This document shows positions 37,971-51,446 of a stretch of DNA of 64,000 nt, piece after piece (positions within the stretch are counted from its first letter, which is position 1; every line of letters begins with the position of its first letter). The notes below the pieces were generated by a model. That model was not told where the DNA came from, ran no database searches, and saw nothing but the letters and a program-made list of their open reading frames with translations. A program made the position numbers and the translations under genes. This stretch comes from Chrysomallon squamiferum (lineage: Eukaryota; Animalia; Mollusca), in contig CM022665.1 in NCBI GenBank assembly GCA_012295275.1, positions 26,288,001 to 26,352,000 of the forward strand. The letters run 5' to 3'.

Positions 37971-38899
37971 ACTGATATTGGATGATTTATAATTTGAGTA
38001 TGGTTGCTATGGTAACTGCTGAATTTTTAGATTTAGTGCCTACATTGATTTATCAGATAACATGTATCATAGTTAAAAGTTTATGGTTTGTAACACACCT
38101 GAGTATTAAAATATTAATTTGTGGATTGGGTTACATGGATATAGATAATACTTACAACACATTGTTATGTCAGAAATAATCTGCAATGTTTAGCAATTAA
38201 TAGAAAAAAATCCGTTTTTGAATCATCATCATTATTATGCATCTGAAGTGTCCCATTGTTGGGCAAAAGCCTCATGTTGTTTTCACATTTTACCATAATG
38301 AAGTCTGAACAAGTAATTCAGACAAAGATAACATATGTTTGTCATTTCTGAATTCAGATGTATTTCACTTGTTGGGAAGTTAAACCATACATGATGGAAA
38401 CAACAAGCAGAGAACCTTTTTATTGATGAATTTATTATGTTATAAAATTAAAGTTTATATAACTTAAGATTTCCAATTCATAACATGTATATAAATAGAA
38501 GGTATTAATTAACATATCCGTATCAAAATTATTGGTCTCTTGGATATTATAATTAAAAAACAACAACAAAAATCAACTTATAATTCGTTAAACTTTACAC
38601 CTAATTTAAATGGTTAAGAAGAAACAATTTTTTTTCAAATCCTATCATTATGACTGACATGTTGTAAGTATTTATATTAAAATGTGTTTAGGGGTTGTTT
38701 AAGATATTTATTTATTCACAAATATGGACAACATGTGTGTATGTGTGTGTGTGTATCCAGTATGTATTACTTAAATAAGAGTATGAATATTTGATTTTGA
38801 AGAATATACAATACTTTTTGCATTTCATTGATATATTTGAGAAAGACTTCATTTAAATATAAACTGAGAATATTTAACTCATTTCCTACCTATAAAAAA

Positions 38900-39493
38900 T
38901 AATGTGTCATAACGACACTCTGACATGTTGGCTTATAAATTATTAACATCGCCGCTTTTTATAGAAAGAATTCTTCATACCATAAACAGATTCACAACAG
39001 CACTTTTGTGAACAACAGCAGCAGCAGCAGCAACAGCTAGAAACAAATTGTTTCCATGATCAAGAAAAACATCATTAATATCTTCTGACACAAATAATCT
39101 GTCTAGTTTCACTGGCATGTTTTAAAGAGGTGAATCTCAGCGACATCATCACTTAGATAAAGTAGTTTTTCTGTTTCAAGTGTGTTCTCTGATTTCGTTC
39201 TATTTCTCTGGCTCCACTTCTTATCACTCGGTCTTGGTGAAATGATTTGTCCCTGGCATTCACAATCTCACTTTTGTCCACTCTTATCTTGTTGTCTTTT
39301 CCAAATGGATTGACCAACAGTTGTTTCATTTCACTGGAGATTAAAAGATTGATGCCGGACAACTGGACACATCAAATTTTTTGCTAACTTTCAGATCTAG
39401 CGAAAAAAAGAAGAAAAAAAGTAATAACTGACCGATGGTTGTCTTCTCAAAGAATTGGACAAGTGAAGTAACAAAGTGTTAACTTGACCAGTG
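38900..39493 (+). promoter_or_regulatory. CpG-retaining region: putative alternative promoter or 5' exon (possible exon 39395-39493)
   Basis: About 9 CpGs in ~530 bp (counted by eye); acceptor GCTAACTTTCAG| at 39394/39395; weak donor GTG|GTACTT. Confidence 0.4.
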
Positions 39494-40189
39494 GTACTTT
39501 TTTTTTAAAAATAAAATAAAGTATAATAAAATTAAATAAATAAATAAATTAAAAAGAAAAAAAAGAAAAGAAAAAAAAGAAGAAATTATATAATTATATT
39601 TTATTTATTACATGTTTATATATTTTCTGTTACTGACATACAATAAAAATCAGGCATTTAGACAATGTTGTACCAGTACGTAACATTTTTACCTCAGGAG
39701 ATAACAATATGAACTTAATTCTGCCTAATAATTATAATGTATTTTTAATTCATAATTTATTTACGAATGTTTCTTAATATAAACTTCTGGTATTCAGGGA
39801 ATGTTTTGGTTTGTAGACATCATAAAAAGATAAAATATTTTAAACAGCCATTTTGAGGTAGCCATTTAATTTATGCCAGCTGCATAGTTTACTGATATCA
39901 GAGTCTATTAAATGTGAAAGTGTAAACATAACTGAGGATTAAAAACTAGATGCAGCTATAAAATTCCTTTAGATGTGTAATGATGTTAAGTTCTGAATTT
40001 AATTTGGTTTACACTTCTACTCTTTGTGAGTTGTGTACTGATGTAAGTATTTCTAGCATTGTTATGTCACAGAATTATTTGTGATGGGCATGGTGTATGA
40101 GTATTCTGTTCGGTAGATGTCTTGCAAACTACACATGGGTGTGTGGGTGTTAATGATAATTTTAAGTATGTATTTTTTTCTTTTTTCAG

Positions 40190-40225
40190 AGAACTGCCCA
40201 AGCATGCTTGTCATGGACATCATTT
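40190..40225 (+). other. Candidate 36-nt symmetric exon (open in all three frames)
   Basis: Very strong acceptor TTTTTTTCTTTTTTCAG| and donor TTT|GTAAGT; GC-richer than its flanks. Confidence 0.6.
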
Positions 40226-40494
40226 GTAAGTATTGTGTTCAGTATAAGTTTGGAAACTGTGGTTTGTTGTATGGGTTCTAATACTGATTTTTAGTGTGGT
40301 TCATTCAGAAAAAAATCTGTCCTTGTCTGTTTGTCATGGTCACATCATCTGACTTCACCAGAGAATTCACAGATTTGAGTTGTTTGTCTATAAGTTGTTA
40401 TTATACTGCTTCATTTGTCAATTGAACAGTGCTTATATCTGCTGAAAGTTCAAGCACATCTTTTGTGGGCGTACATTTATGTCCATTTATGACA

Positions 40495-40646
40495 GTGTTA
40501 GTGAGTTAGCAAACTGGTTAGGATGAAAAGACAGTACAGATCTTTTACAAAACACCAGTTAGCTCTACCCTGGGTCTGATACCAAAATCTGATCCTGGGA
40601 CCTGCTACATACGAAACATAATCACAACACCACTGAAAATGGTCAG
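40495..40646 (-). mobile_element. Decayed tRNA-derived SINE head of a second family, antisense
   Basis: Minus strand reads GACCATTTTCAGTGGTGTTGTG…GCAGGTCCCAGGATC…ACCCAGGGTAGAGC…CTAACTCACTAAC, resembling a gastropod SINE recalled from memory. Confidence 0.45.
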
Positions 40647-43275
40647 ATTAAATTATTCAGAAATGATCACAATATGAGGTAGCAGCTTTATTGAAGTGGC
40701 ATTTCCAATAATACTAAACTGATAAAGTCAATGTTAAATCACAAGAGTTATGAAAATTTTATGAAGTGGACACATCTGGATGATGTTTAAGTACATAAAT
40801 AGAAAAAAAAAATGAGGTTGTTATTAACTTATTATTAACTGTATATATGAAAGAGAGAAAGGATTTTAGTCAGAATACAAAAATGTCAGTTATATATGTA
40901 TTAGTATTTTGTGCTGAAGACTTTATGACGTCTGTTTCTATGGTGTTTCATAGACTGAGTTATAATGATATTGACTGAGTAGCCAGTTAAATAGTATTTA
41001 TTGAAGAATTGAATATATAATTTATAATGGAATAGTAATGGACAAGGCAGCAGCTATATCGTATTTACTGAAGAACTGAATAACCAGTTTATAAAGGAAT
41101 AAAAACTGATTTTTGATTTAATAAATATAAAATAAAATTGTTAAGATAAAATAATTTCAGTTAAAAGTTTAAGAAAAAAAGAAGAAAATAAATGAAACAA
41201 AAAATATTTAAAAAAAGGATGTGAAAATTGAAAATAACAAAGCAGTAATGAAAATATTTTGAAAAATAAATTATAAAACAAAAATTAAAAAGGAGAAATT
41301 TGGAGAAAGTTATTTATCAAAGACATTTTCAATGAAAATGTTTTAAATTTCTGTAATTTGGATATTGTATAATTATATTTGATCAAGTAAATTTTATACA
41401 AATATATTGAATAGCATTTTGTGATAAATTAAATGGTTTGTTAAGTTTTTGAAAGCTATTAGTTATATGGATCTAGAACAAAATTCCATTGGACAGAACA
41501 GTCAGTGGACAAAACACCAACAGCTCACAAAATATTGGTTATTTCAGAGCTTCTTGTCTTTATTTATTTTTTAAATCTTAATATCAAAACGTTTTACATA
41601 TATAGCTTGGATGTTAAATACATTTAAACTTGTACATTCATCTGCTTGAACAACACAGATTCCAGGATGGTAGTGATCTAAAGGGAAGTGTAAGGATGAA
41701 TTGCATTGTTGAGCACAACGTTTTAATGAAAGCAGTCAACACTTTCTTGCAGTTGTTAGGTCATGTTTAATGTTTAATATTTGAGGTCTTATTTTTTCTT
41801 TATTATTATTTTTTTTTTAAAAACAAGTTATTTATCTTCCTTAAAAAAAAAAAAAATTAGAAAAATATAAAAATAAAAAAAAGAGAAGAAAACAATTGTG
41901 ACAGTTATTTTAAACTTTTCACCAATTATATTTTAACAAATGATTTTGACTGTCATGATATATATGTTAATTTCACTATTTTAAAGTACAGATAAACAAA
42001 ATTTGTCTCAGTAAAGCACTAGAGATATTGTTAATAGTAGCTTCAACAATTTATTTTACAAAGTTTAAAAAAAAGCCAGGCAGAACAAAATTTTAAATTA
42101 CTTTTACTTACGAACGTAAACAATCTGACCCAATCGTTATGTAATCTAAGTGAAAGTTGTAAGTGTTTTTCATCACCTTTCAATATAGCACGGCTAGTGA
42201 TTGTATCTGTATTGTTACGTAATCTGTGTCTTGTTATCCAAATGACTTGTGTTTTAACTCAAGATTATACAAAATGCAAACAGAAAACCATTTCAGTGCC
42301 AGTGTTGACTGACAGAAGTAAATACAGTGTACTGATAATGTAATTATATTAGGTTACACTTTAAATATGTCTTAAAATACAACAGTGACATTTTGTACAT
42401 TAATAGCTTGTTCTGGGTTTCTTTCTTTACATTTTTTTTTCTTTCAAAATCTTTCTTTCTTTCTTTCTGTATTTATTATAATTATTATTTATCTCTGTTA
42501 AAAAATAAACCAAATCAGATATTTAAGTAATCTTAGGAACTTTGTAATGGAAATGACGCAAATCTATGAATATTATAAACAACCGAAAACTAAAACTTTT
42601 ACAGTAATTAGTCTTCTGAATTTTCATCAAACTGTGAACCCAGAAATAACATTTAAAAAAAAAAAAAAAAGAATTTATCAGTTCTCATTTTCAAATGTAA
42701 TGATTTAAGTGCACTCCTTAAGCTATTTCCTATTTCTGCCTGTGCTTTACAGTTGGTTTTATCAACACCATAGTATATCTTTCCTGTCTATGAGGAGGTT
42801 CAAATATAAAAAAAATATTCTGCTGCTAATTGATCAGCAAAAACCCATAATGGGAAAAATGAAGGTTTCAGGATTTTGTCACTATAGTGAATTTTTATGT
42901 CATAAAAAAATAACATATGTTGACAAAAAGTAGGGAAGGAGGGAATGTCCCACATGTGTATCCCCCCTGAGGATTCCTGTATGGTGTAGTTATTGAAGAA
43001 AAGGTATTGTTTTATCTGACCTCATTTTTATATATCATAATGTTTTGATACATAATCATGAATAAAAATATTTTTAAGAGAATTTATTTGATTTTAATAT
43101 GGTTTATGCACATCTGGTTTTAAGTAATTATTCATTTCAATGATGATTTAAAAAAACAACTAAGCAGTGATAAATGAACAAACAAATAAATAAATAAATA
43201 CAGAAAGAAAGAAAGAAAGAAAGAAGCAGTAAAAGAAACTAAAAAAGGAATATTTCAACAAAAAATGAATAAAAA

Positions 43276-43306
<31 letters not shown>

Positions 43307-43851
43307 TATATAACCATAATAAGTAAATAAATAATAAAGACAACACATATAAAGGAAAATAAAATAAAATAAAATAATCCAAAAAACATTAAAAAATAAT
43401 AATAATAAATAAATAAATAAAATAAAACATATTGCACAGAATGAAAACTATAAATAAAAAAATTAATAAAATATAAACGCCCCCTCAAAAAAAAGATTTT
43501 TATTGACAAAAGATCCTTCACCTGTGCCAGAAAAAGAGAGAAAAAAAAAACTTCTGTGGAAATTTGAGATGTAGTGAAATGCTTTAGCACCTGCTTATCT
43601 ATGTAATGTCTCCTAATGCATCTGGTTGTGTATTCACTACAAACTGTTGTTAATTTATCAGCATCATTACTGTGTTAGCATCAAATTGAGTGTGATAGCT
43701 GTAAGTGGGCTCATCTTGTGTAAAACATCCTGTCATCTGTCATGGCGTCTTCACTTGGTCATTTTTATCTCTTTAAAGAAACATACACCAGCACAACAAA
43801 AGAAATAAAGAATTTTCTTTCTTTTTTACATTTTTTGTTACAATAAGACAT

Positions 43852-43887
<36 letters not shown>

Positions 43888-46800
43888 GTCTGCATGTGCA
43901 GTCTTTCATCATATATATATATATTTTTTTTTTTGTCATATCATTCATTCTAGCATTTAGCAATGCATTTTTTCTGTTTATTTAAATTGTATAAATGACC
44001 TAAAAACATTTATTGTATCATTTGTTTTTGACAATTAAACTACAACAACTTATAAGTTCATCTGAAAGCATGGAGGTTGACATTTTTCCTTTTACCATTC
44101 TGTTTTACAAATCATGTCACAGTAATTGAAAAATTGTTTATTTGTAATACAAAATTGAGCTATATTTTACTGAATATTATTCTCATGCAGCTGACTATTT
44201 TGAGATCAACAGTTGACTGCTTTTTCCAGTCAATCTCTCTGTGTCTCTCTCTGTCTCCTCTGTCGCTCTTTGTCACTCTCTCTCAATGCTCACACATACA
44301 TGTATATAACTAGACAGCTGAGATAATCAGTGCTAAAACTTCTTTCAAACAGTTTAAATTAATTTCTGCCACTTCCTGAGTTTGCACAAAACTTTTAAAA
44401 GAAAAGTTTACTATGTATATTCAGGTGTACACACTAATAATGAAGATGTGTGAAGGTTTTTCATACACTGCACATAGTTTATCAAACAACTGTCAGAATA
44501 CCATTTCCTTCTCATGTGTATTTCCTGTACTGTTAAGTAAAAGATTCTAAAGATATTGCAGTATACAAACAATACAAAATAAGGAAGAGGATGCAAGAAG
44601 TGAGATGTGCTAGAGATTTTGTATTTTCTTCCTGTTTTGTTTCCATTTTTTATTTTTTATTTTTTTTGCTTTCTTTTCATTTTGGTTTCTGCCTTTCTTC
44701 CTTTTATTGCTTTTTTGCTTTCTTTGTTTCTATCTTTCTTTCATTCTTTGTTTTTATTTTATTCCTTTCATTTCTTAATTTCATTCTTTCTTTAATTTTA
44801 CATTCTTTTGTTATTTTTTTTTCTGTTTTTCTTTTTCTTTTACCACTTCTTTATTCTCTCTTTCATTCTATGTTGTTTTTTTTCTTTGTTTGTTTCTTTT
44901 TTTTTTAAATTAAGAAATATATACTTCCAGATTCAAAATATTTTTGGTTTATAAAATGCTAAACTGTACTGAAATTCTTTTTAAAGTGTAACACACACAT
45001 TCAAACACACCTCAAAAATAAGTAAATAAATAAATGGATAGATAAATAAATAAATAAATAACAACAACAGCAACCTGGATAGAAGTAATAATAATTATAA
45101 CTGTAATTATTAATAATAATATTATAAGTCTTGTGACTGCTTAAGTAAAGTCAATTTTTTTTTTAATGAAAAATATCAGATTTGAATGTACTAAAATATT
45201 TCCACCACATTTGTCTAATTAAATTTAAAGAGATTAATTAATAAATAGAAAATCAGTTTACAAATTTAACAATTGATTTGACACACTTATTTTAAATGTT
45301 CTTTTTTTTTTTCTCAAAGTACAAAAAGATAAACATCTTACTAATACAGCAGACATAATTTTAGGGTTTTTTTTATATGAAAACCCCCATGTTTTGATCT
45401 TGTCCATACTTTTGTCGAATCTTCCTCAGTAAATTACAAAACACAAAATAATAGCATGGAAAATATTTTCGTGAGTATTATTAGTTGTTTTTTTTTTCTG
45501 CCTTATAAAAAGAGAAAATAATCATATTGATTTCTGGAAGGAAATAAAAAAGGGAAACACTATGCTTTAAGAAGCATTTTATTGAAGTGGTTTTATGTAA
45601 TCTGTTTTGTACAGTTTATAAAGCAGTTTAAAAGCTTTAAACATCTGTTAGTTAAATTTAAAAATGAACTATCTTAACAGACCATTAGATGGCTGTTTTA
45701 GATCACTGTTACAAATTTTTTTTTAAAAATGATATAAAAACAGAAAGGCCAAACACTCAAATAAGGCAAATAATAAGAAGAAAAAAGACCAGAAAAATGT
45801 AAATAATAACAAAAGAAAAGAACAACAATAATATAAAAAACCTAACAAAAATCAAAACAAATCCAAACGTATAATAATAATAGTAATAATAATAATAATA
45901 ACAATAACAACAACAACAAATACAATAAAAAATTTGAAATGTAAAACAATAAAGCAAGACTTTAACACCTACCCTTTGAAAACCCCCACCAAAAAACAAC
46001 TAAATAATAAATAAATAAATTAAAAATTAAACAATAATAAAAACGTAGAAAAATCTTTTCGGAAATGCTTTTTATATTAACTAAATTTTTGTGCATGTAC
46101 TGTTAATAACTGTTCATGCTGTGTGCTCAGTGATCAGTGTGGCCTCTCTCAGTGTGTTGTGTAGTACTGGAGGAGTAAAACATCTGGCACTGGTCCCACA
46201 TGGAGCTTACAGCACACCACATACTTATTTAATAATCTACATAATGCATACCACATTTAACCTATATCTTCTGGGAGTCCATAGTTGCTTTATGCTAATA
46301 TATATTTACTACGTTACTTTCATGAGGTGAAAAAAAAAAAAAAGAAAAAAAAAAAAAAAAAAAGATTGTGTTCATTAAAGTTTCTAAGTGAAAAAAAAAA
46401 AAGTTTAGTAATTAATTTATTTATGGTTATTATATCAGTGGCTATTAAAATGCAATAAAAATATAAGTATGGACGATCTTATGGATGGATGAATTGAAAA
46501 GCAGTCAGACACTGTGATAGTTGAGCAGGTAGATGAATTAATGGATCGTTTAATGGCTGAATATGTAATTTTGGTATCAGTGATGGATATGTTTATGTGT
46601 GGATGGATGTAATAGTTGAAATACAGATATAAGGGTGGATGTCTGTAAGCTTGGATGGATGAATGAGGATGGGTACAGTTTAGCTAGAAAATTAATTATA
46701 GACGCAGTCAGCATTTTATTGTAATCAGAAAGCATATTTATTATCATATCATCTGAACTGTTATTTTATAGAACACTAACAAAATTAGTAGGAGATTTCA

Positions 46801-48343
46801 TGCTTTCATATAATAAATAATATAGTTCAGTTAAAAGTTTTAATAAATAAAAGTAATAAAAAAGATATATGAAGATTTATAACTGGCTAACTCATAATAG
46901 AAGTATATTTTCTTTATTAATGAAGAAATTACCCAGCTTTTTTTTTTTTCTTCCTTTTTTTCTTCTGCCAAACAGTAAGGAAATGAATTATGTTTTTAAA
47001 AAATATTTGTTCTCTCATTTGTTATACTACTCACAAGTATGGCTCAACGTAAGTCACAAAGGCTGTAAGTAAGGAGGACTAGCTGTATGAAACAACAGTT
47101 TTAATCAAAATCAAACAAAGTTGGAATTAATGTTAATAAATATTTAGAGATATGATATTTGAAAAACAAACATTTTCCTCAATCATTATTGTAAAATAAA
47201 TATATTATTAAATTTGTTGGCTTTTTAAAAATAATACCACGAAATCCCAAAGTTTCATTTAAAAACTTCTAAACTTCCTCTGGGAAATAAAACAGAAATG
47301 TTCAACCAGACCATAAACAAACTGACACAAGATGAACCAACTAAAACCAATACACTTTCAGAAAACCAAGATAACCAATCAAATAAATTAATTAATAAAA
47401 AAAATTATGATGTAATAACATGATTTGTTTTCAATACTGGATAATTCTCACCCCCCCAAAAAAACAAAACAAACAACCCAAATCTTATCTGAGTGCAGAC
47501 ATTGTTGAAAAAAAAAAAATAAAGAAATAAAAAATAAAACACTAATCTGGACAAGGGCCTGAAATAATATTATAATTAGAGAGATATTTATTATTCATAA
47601 AGTATTACAGAGATTTATGCACTTCCACTACACCAGTTTGGACATGAATAGAGTTATACATAAACAGTTTATGTCAAAACATAATATATATTACTGTTTT
47701 ATTCAAGTAAATATTCTGACATGTAGTGCCACACATATATTTTATGGCTTAAAAAAAAAAAAAAAAAAAAAAAAAGACTGGACAATTCTTTGACAGAATG
47801 AGGACACAGAAGATGATTAATGGACAAGGAATTGAGTTTTCCAGTCATGATATGAAATGGGAAAATCGTGTTAACAAACTGCACCCAATCACTGATCATA
47901 GACTTTTAGCTTTCCTCATCACTGTGTTAGTTTGCATGACAGTGTGTGTGTCAGAGAGACTCTGATCTCTTGTTAGTCAATAAGTGATGTGCTTTCAGCA
48001 CTGGGATATTTGTAGTATCCATGTTTGCCTGTCTTCTTTTCTCCTTACCTCTCTCTCTGTATCATTACATCCTATATTTTCTCCTTTTCTGTTTGTACAC
48101 ACACACACATATAGGTGGATAGATATCTCTGACTGTCTGTGTATCTGTTTGTTCCTCTATCCATATATTTATCTACCTCTGTATCAATCTATCTATCTCT
48201 ATCTATCTAATGTATGAAATTTAATTTAACTTTCTATTTGTCTGTCTGTGTATGTATCCGTTTCATCTATTTAACTTATCAAATCCAATATACTTATCTT
48301 TCCATCCATCAACCTATCTATCTTTACTTTCCATTCCTTCCAG

Positions 48344-48388
48344 ATTTCCTCTCAAAGTTGTATCAAAGGCCATGGTTGAATTTTGAAG
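48344..48388 (+). other. Candidate 45-nt exon (phase 1-1 frame FLSKLYQRPWLNFE)
   Basis: Strong acceptor TTTACTTTCCATTCCTTCCAG| and donor AAG|GTGAGA. Confidence 0.45.
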
Positions 48389-48389
48389 G

Positions 48390-48479
48390 TGAGATCCTGT
48401 TGTTTGACTGTTGTTAATCTCTGATAAGTCAGGTCCCCATGCTTCCCTGTCTGTTTCAGTTATTATTTCACTGACTCAC
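48390..48479 (+). repeat. 90-bp dispersed direct repeat, copy 1
   Basis: Ungapped match to 50326-50415 with 9 mismatches. Confidence 0.95.
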
Positions 48480-50132
48480 CAGACATCATTAGAAGGTGGC
48501 CAGAGTTTTGCTGTTGTTTATAAATAATTTACTTTATATTATTGTTGTTGTTGGTGTTATTATTATTATTTTGTTGTTGTTGTTGTATTTTTTATTGTTA
48601 TGATTATGATAATGATTATTATCATTGTTATTATTGCCACTGTCACCACTTCTACTGCTGCAGTTGCTACCACTACTACTATTGCTACTGCTATTATTAT
48701 GTCTACTATTTCTAGTATTGTTATTACTGTTATTGTTGTTATTGTTAATTTGCTGTTATGATTATTTTTTTAAAGTTATTATTATTATTGTTGCTGTTAC
48801 TTTTTTTTATCTATTAATTTTATTGCTACCATCATCATTAACTGGTTAATATTTAAATGAAAAAAAAAAATTAATAAATTAAAAAGAGAGGAAAAAAAGA
48901 AAAAGAAGTAGAGATAATACATTTCCATTTGCATTTGATAAAATAATTGTCCAAGCAATTACTTTATGTTTCTTCATCACATTAAAGGAAATAATTTGAA
49001 CAAATATATCAAATCTCTTCCATCTGAGGTTTAGGAAAACAAATATTTGTTAGACAAACAGAAAACAGAAGATGAAAAGCTGAAATCTTTGTGTTAGATT
49101 GACACAACTAAATGTTACTGGTGACTGGCCATCATGTCAAATGGGAAAATGTTGTTAACAAAATACTGGAATCAGTAAGATCTGATATTTAACTCACTGA
49201 TGACTGTTTGGTCATTGTCTTGTTTGCCTTTAAAGCTGTTAATAAATAATACATTCCAAAGCAGTCAGCAGTTTTAAACGACAAAACACAACTCCAGTTA
49301 ATTCCATTGTGTCAGGTAATGTCATATTGATTGATGCAGACTTTCTCATTGTCAGTCTTGTTGTCTTGCCAGTGCTGAATTTATTTATTTCTCTCTGCTT
49401 TTTCTCTCTGTTATTCTCTTCGTAATTCTCTCTATTTTTTCACTTTCTCTCCATTATGCTACTCTCTCTATCATTTTTTCTCCATTCTCTTTCTTTCAAT
49501 CTCCATTCCATTGCACATTCTTTCTCTCTTAATCTCTTTCTGATTCTCTTTCTGTTTCTCTCTCACTCATTTTCTCCTTTTCTGTATCTCTCATTCAGTG
49601 TCTTTGTCTCTCTTTCTCCCTTCTTTCACTATCTTTTTCTCATTTTCATTCTAATATCTTTTATTTTTTTACATTATCTATTTGGTTTTGTTCAGTGTTT
49701 TGAAGTCATTCTAATGTTTAAAAATCCATTTATCAGCTTGAAATGAAAACTAAATACTGACTGAATATCAAACAAAGAGTGATGAATATTTGGTGTTTAG
49801 ATGATTTCACACAAAAGCTAAGTTGTGAATGGTATAATTATAAACAGAGTCAGTAGTTTTCATTTTAGTGTACTGTGTTCCTTTGTCACATTCATAAAAA
49901 CTATGTCATATAAAATAAAGAAAAGCCAAAAAACAACAACAAAAAAACAGGAACTATTAGCATAAAAACAAAAGAAATACATATGTAAACTGCAAAACAA
50001 TGGTAATGTTTTTATAATCTGATACTAAGAGAAGGAAAACTGTTGACAGTTTCAGATATCAAAATTGTGTAAGAAATTTTACACATCTCTCAATACTATA
50101 AGCAAATATATGTGTGTGTGTGTTCTTCTTCT

Positions 50133-50135
<3 letters not shown>

Positions 50136-50197
<62 letters not shown>

Positions 50198-50199
50198 AC
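50136..50199 (+). repeat. Compound (CT)n(CA)n microsatellite
   Basis: Directly visible. Confidence 0.95.
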
Positions 50200-50325
50200 G
50201 CAAACATACACAAACATTTTTTCTTTATCTAAATATTAAAAACAAACAAAAATATGTTAAGACTGGTTACTATCTGATACAACCAGCACATTTTTTTTTT
50301 TTTTTCAGTGGCCTGTTGATTTGTC

Positions 50326-50415
50326 TGAGATCCTGTTGTTTGTCTGTTATTAATCTGTGATAAGTCAGGTCTCCATGCTTCACTGTCTGGTTCAGTTAAT
50401 ACTTCACTGAATCAC
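50326..50415 (+). repeat. 90-bp dispersed direct repeat, copy 2
   Basis: Ungapped match to 48390-48479. Confidence 0.95.
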
Positions 50416-51412
50416 TGAAGATAAATCTTCTTTTTCTTATTGTTTTTATATACATTTTTTTTTTTTTTTTTTTTTTTTATCAAAAGAGATCCCCTTCACA
50501 CAGATGCATACTTTTTTATAAAGACAAACAACAGCTGACAAATCAGGCTCTGCCCAGCACCTTAATTGTTCAGCCATAGTTTTTGTATCTGAAACTATTC
50601 TTACTAGTTGTTTGTAGTTACTGTTGATTTGATTTTGTTGCTTACTTAGTTTAAAGCTGACTGCGTTATAAGTTGATAACTATTAAAATAATTTATTTAT
50701 TTATTATTTTGTGTTACATTGCATTGTGTTGTGTTTTACTGTATTGTATCGTATTATATTCTGTGTGTGACTGTGTGTGTATATAAAACGATATGAAATG
50801 TAATTGTCTTGAAAATCATCTCCTTCAACAATCAACCATTTTAAAACCTGATTGCATCCACTGAAGTACAGTATATGTGTGTTATTGTCTCTGGCACTCA
50901 GCTTGTGGGTCTTGTTTTGTCTGTATTAGTGTTTGTGTCTTAAAAGAATTAATAAGACAGAATAGAGTGTGTTTGGGTCTAACCCTGTGCTTGAATATGG
51001 CCCTTAAAACTATCAGTTTTTATTGATAGTGTGTGCATATACCAATCATAAACTGAATGGTTTAACCATTGTGCCATCAAGAATAGTTGAAGACTCTTTT
51101 TATAGTTCTAATAAATCAGACTTAAGCTAAATGGTTTAATCACTATACCATCATAGAAGCACCTATTTTGACCTTCGTAGCACACACACACACACACACA
51201 CACACTTTCTTATGGCAGATGGTTCAACCATTAAAAACTCAGATTCACTGAAAATCAACAGTGCCAAAAATACAAATTTTAAAATGATTAAATCACCATT
51301 AAAACTTATTTCAAAATGCCATATTTTTGCATTTACATACCAGTTTTTTCTTTAAAGATGGATAGTTTAAGTGCCATAAAATCAAAATTGGTTTTTTAAA
51401 AACCTTATTTTC

Positions 51413-51446
<34 letters not shown>

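Noticed and set aside
44591-44908. Phe-rich membrane-protein-like ORFs
   Set aside because: T-rich low-complexity DNA.
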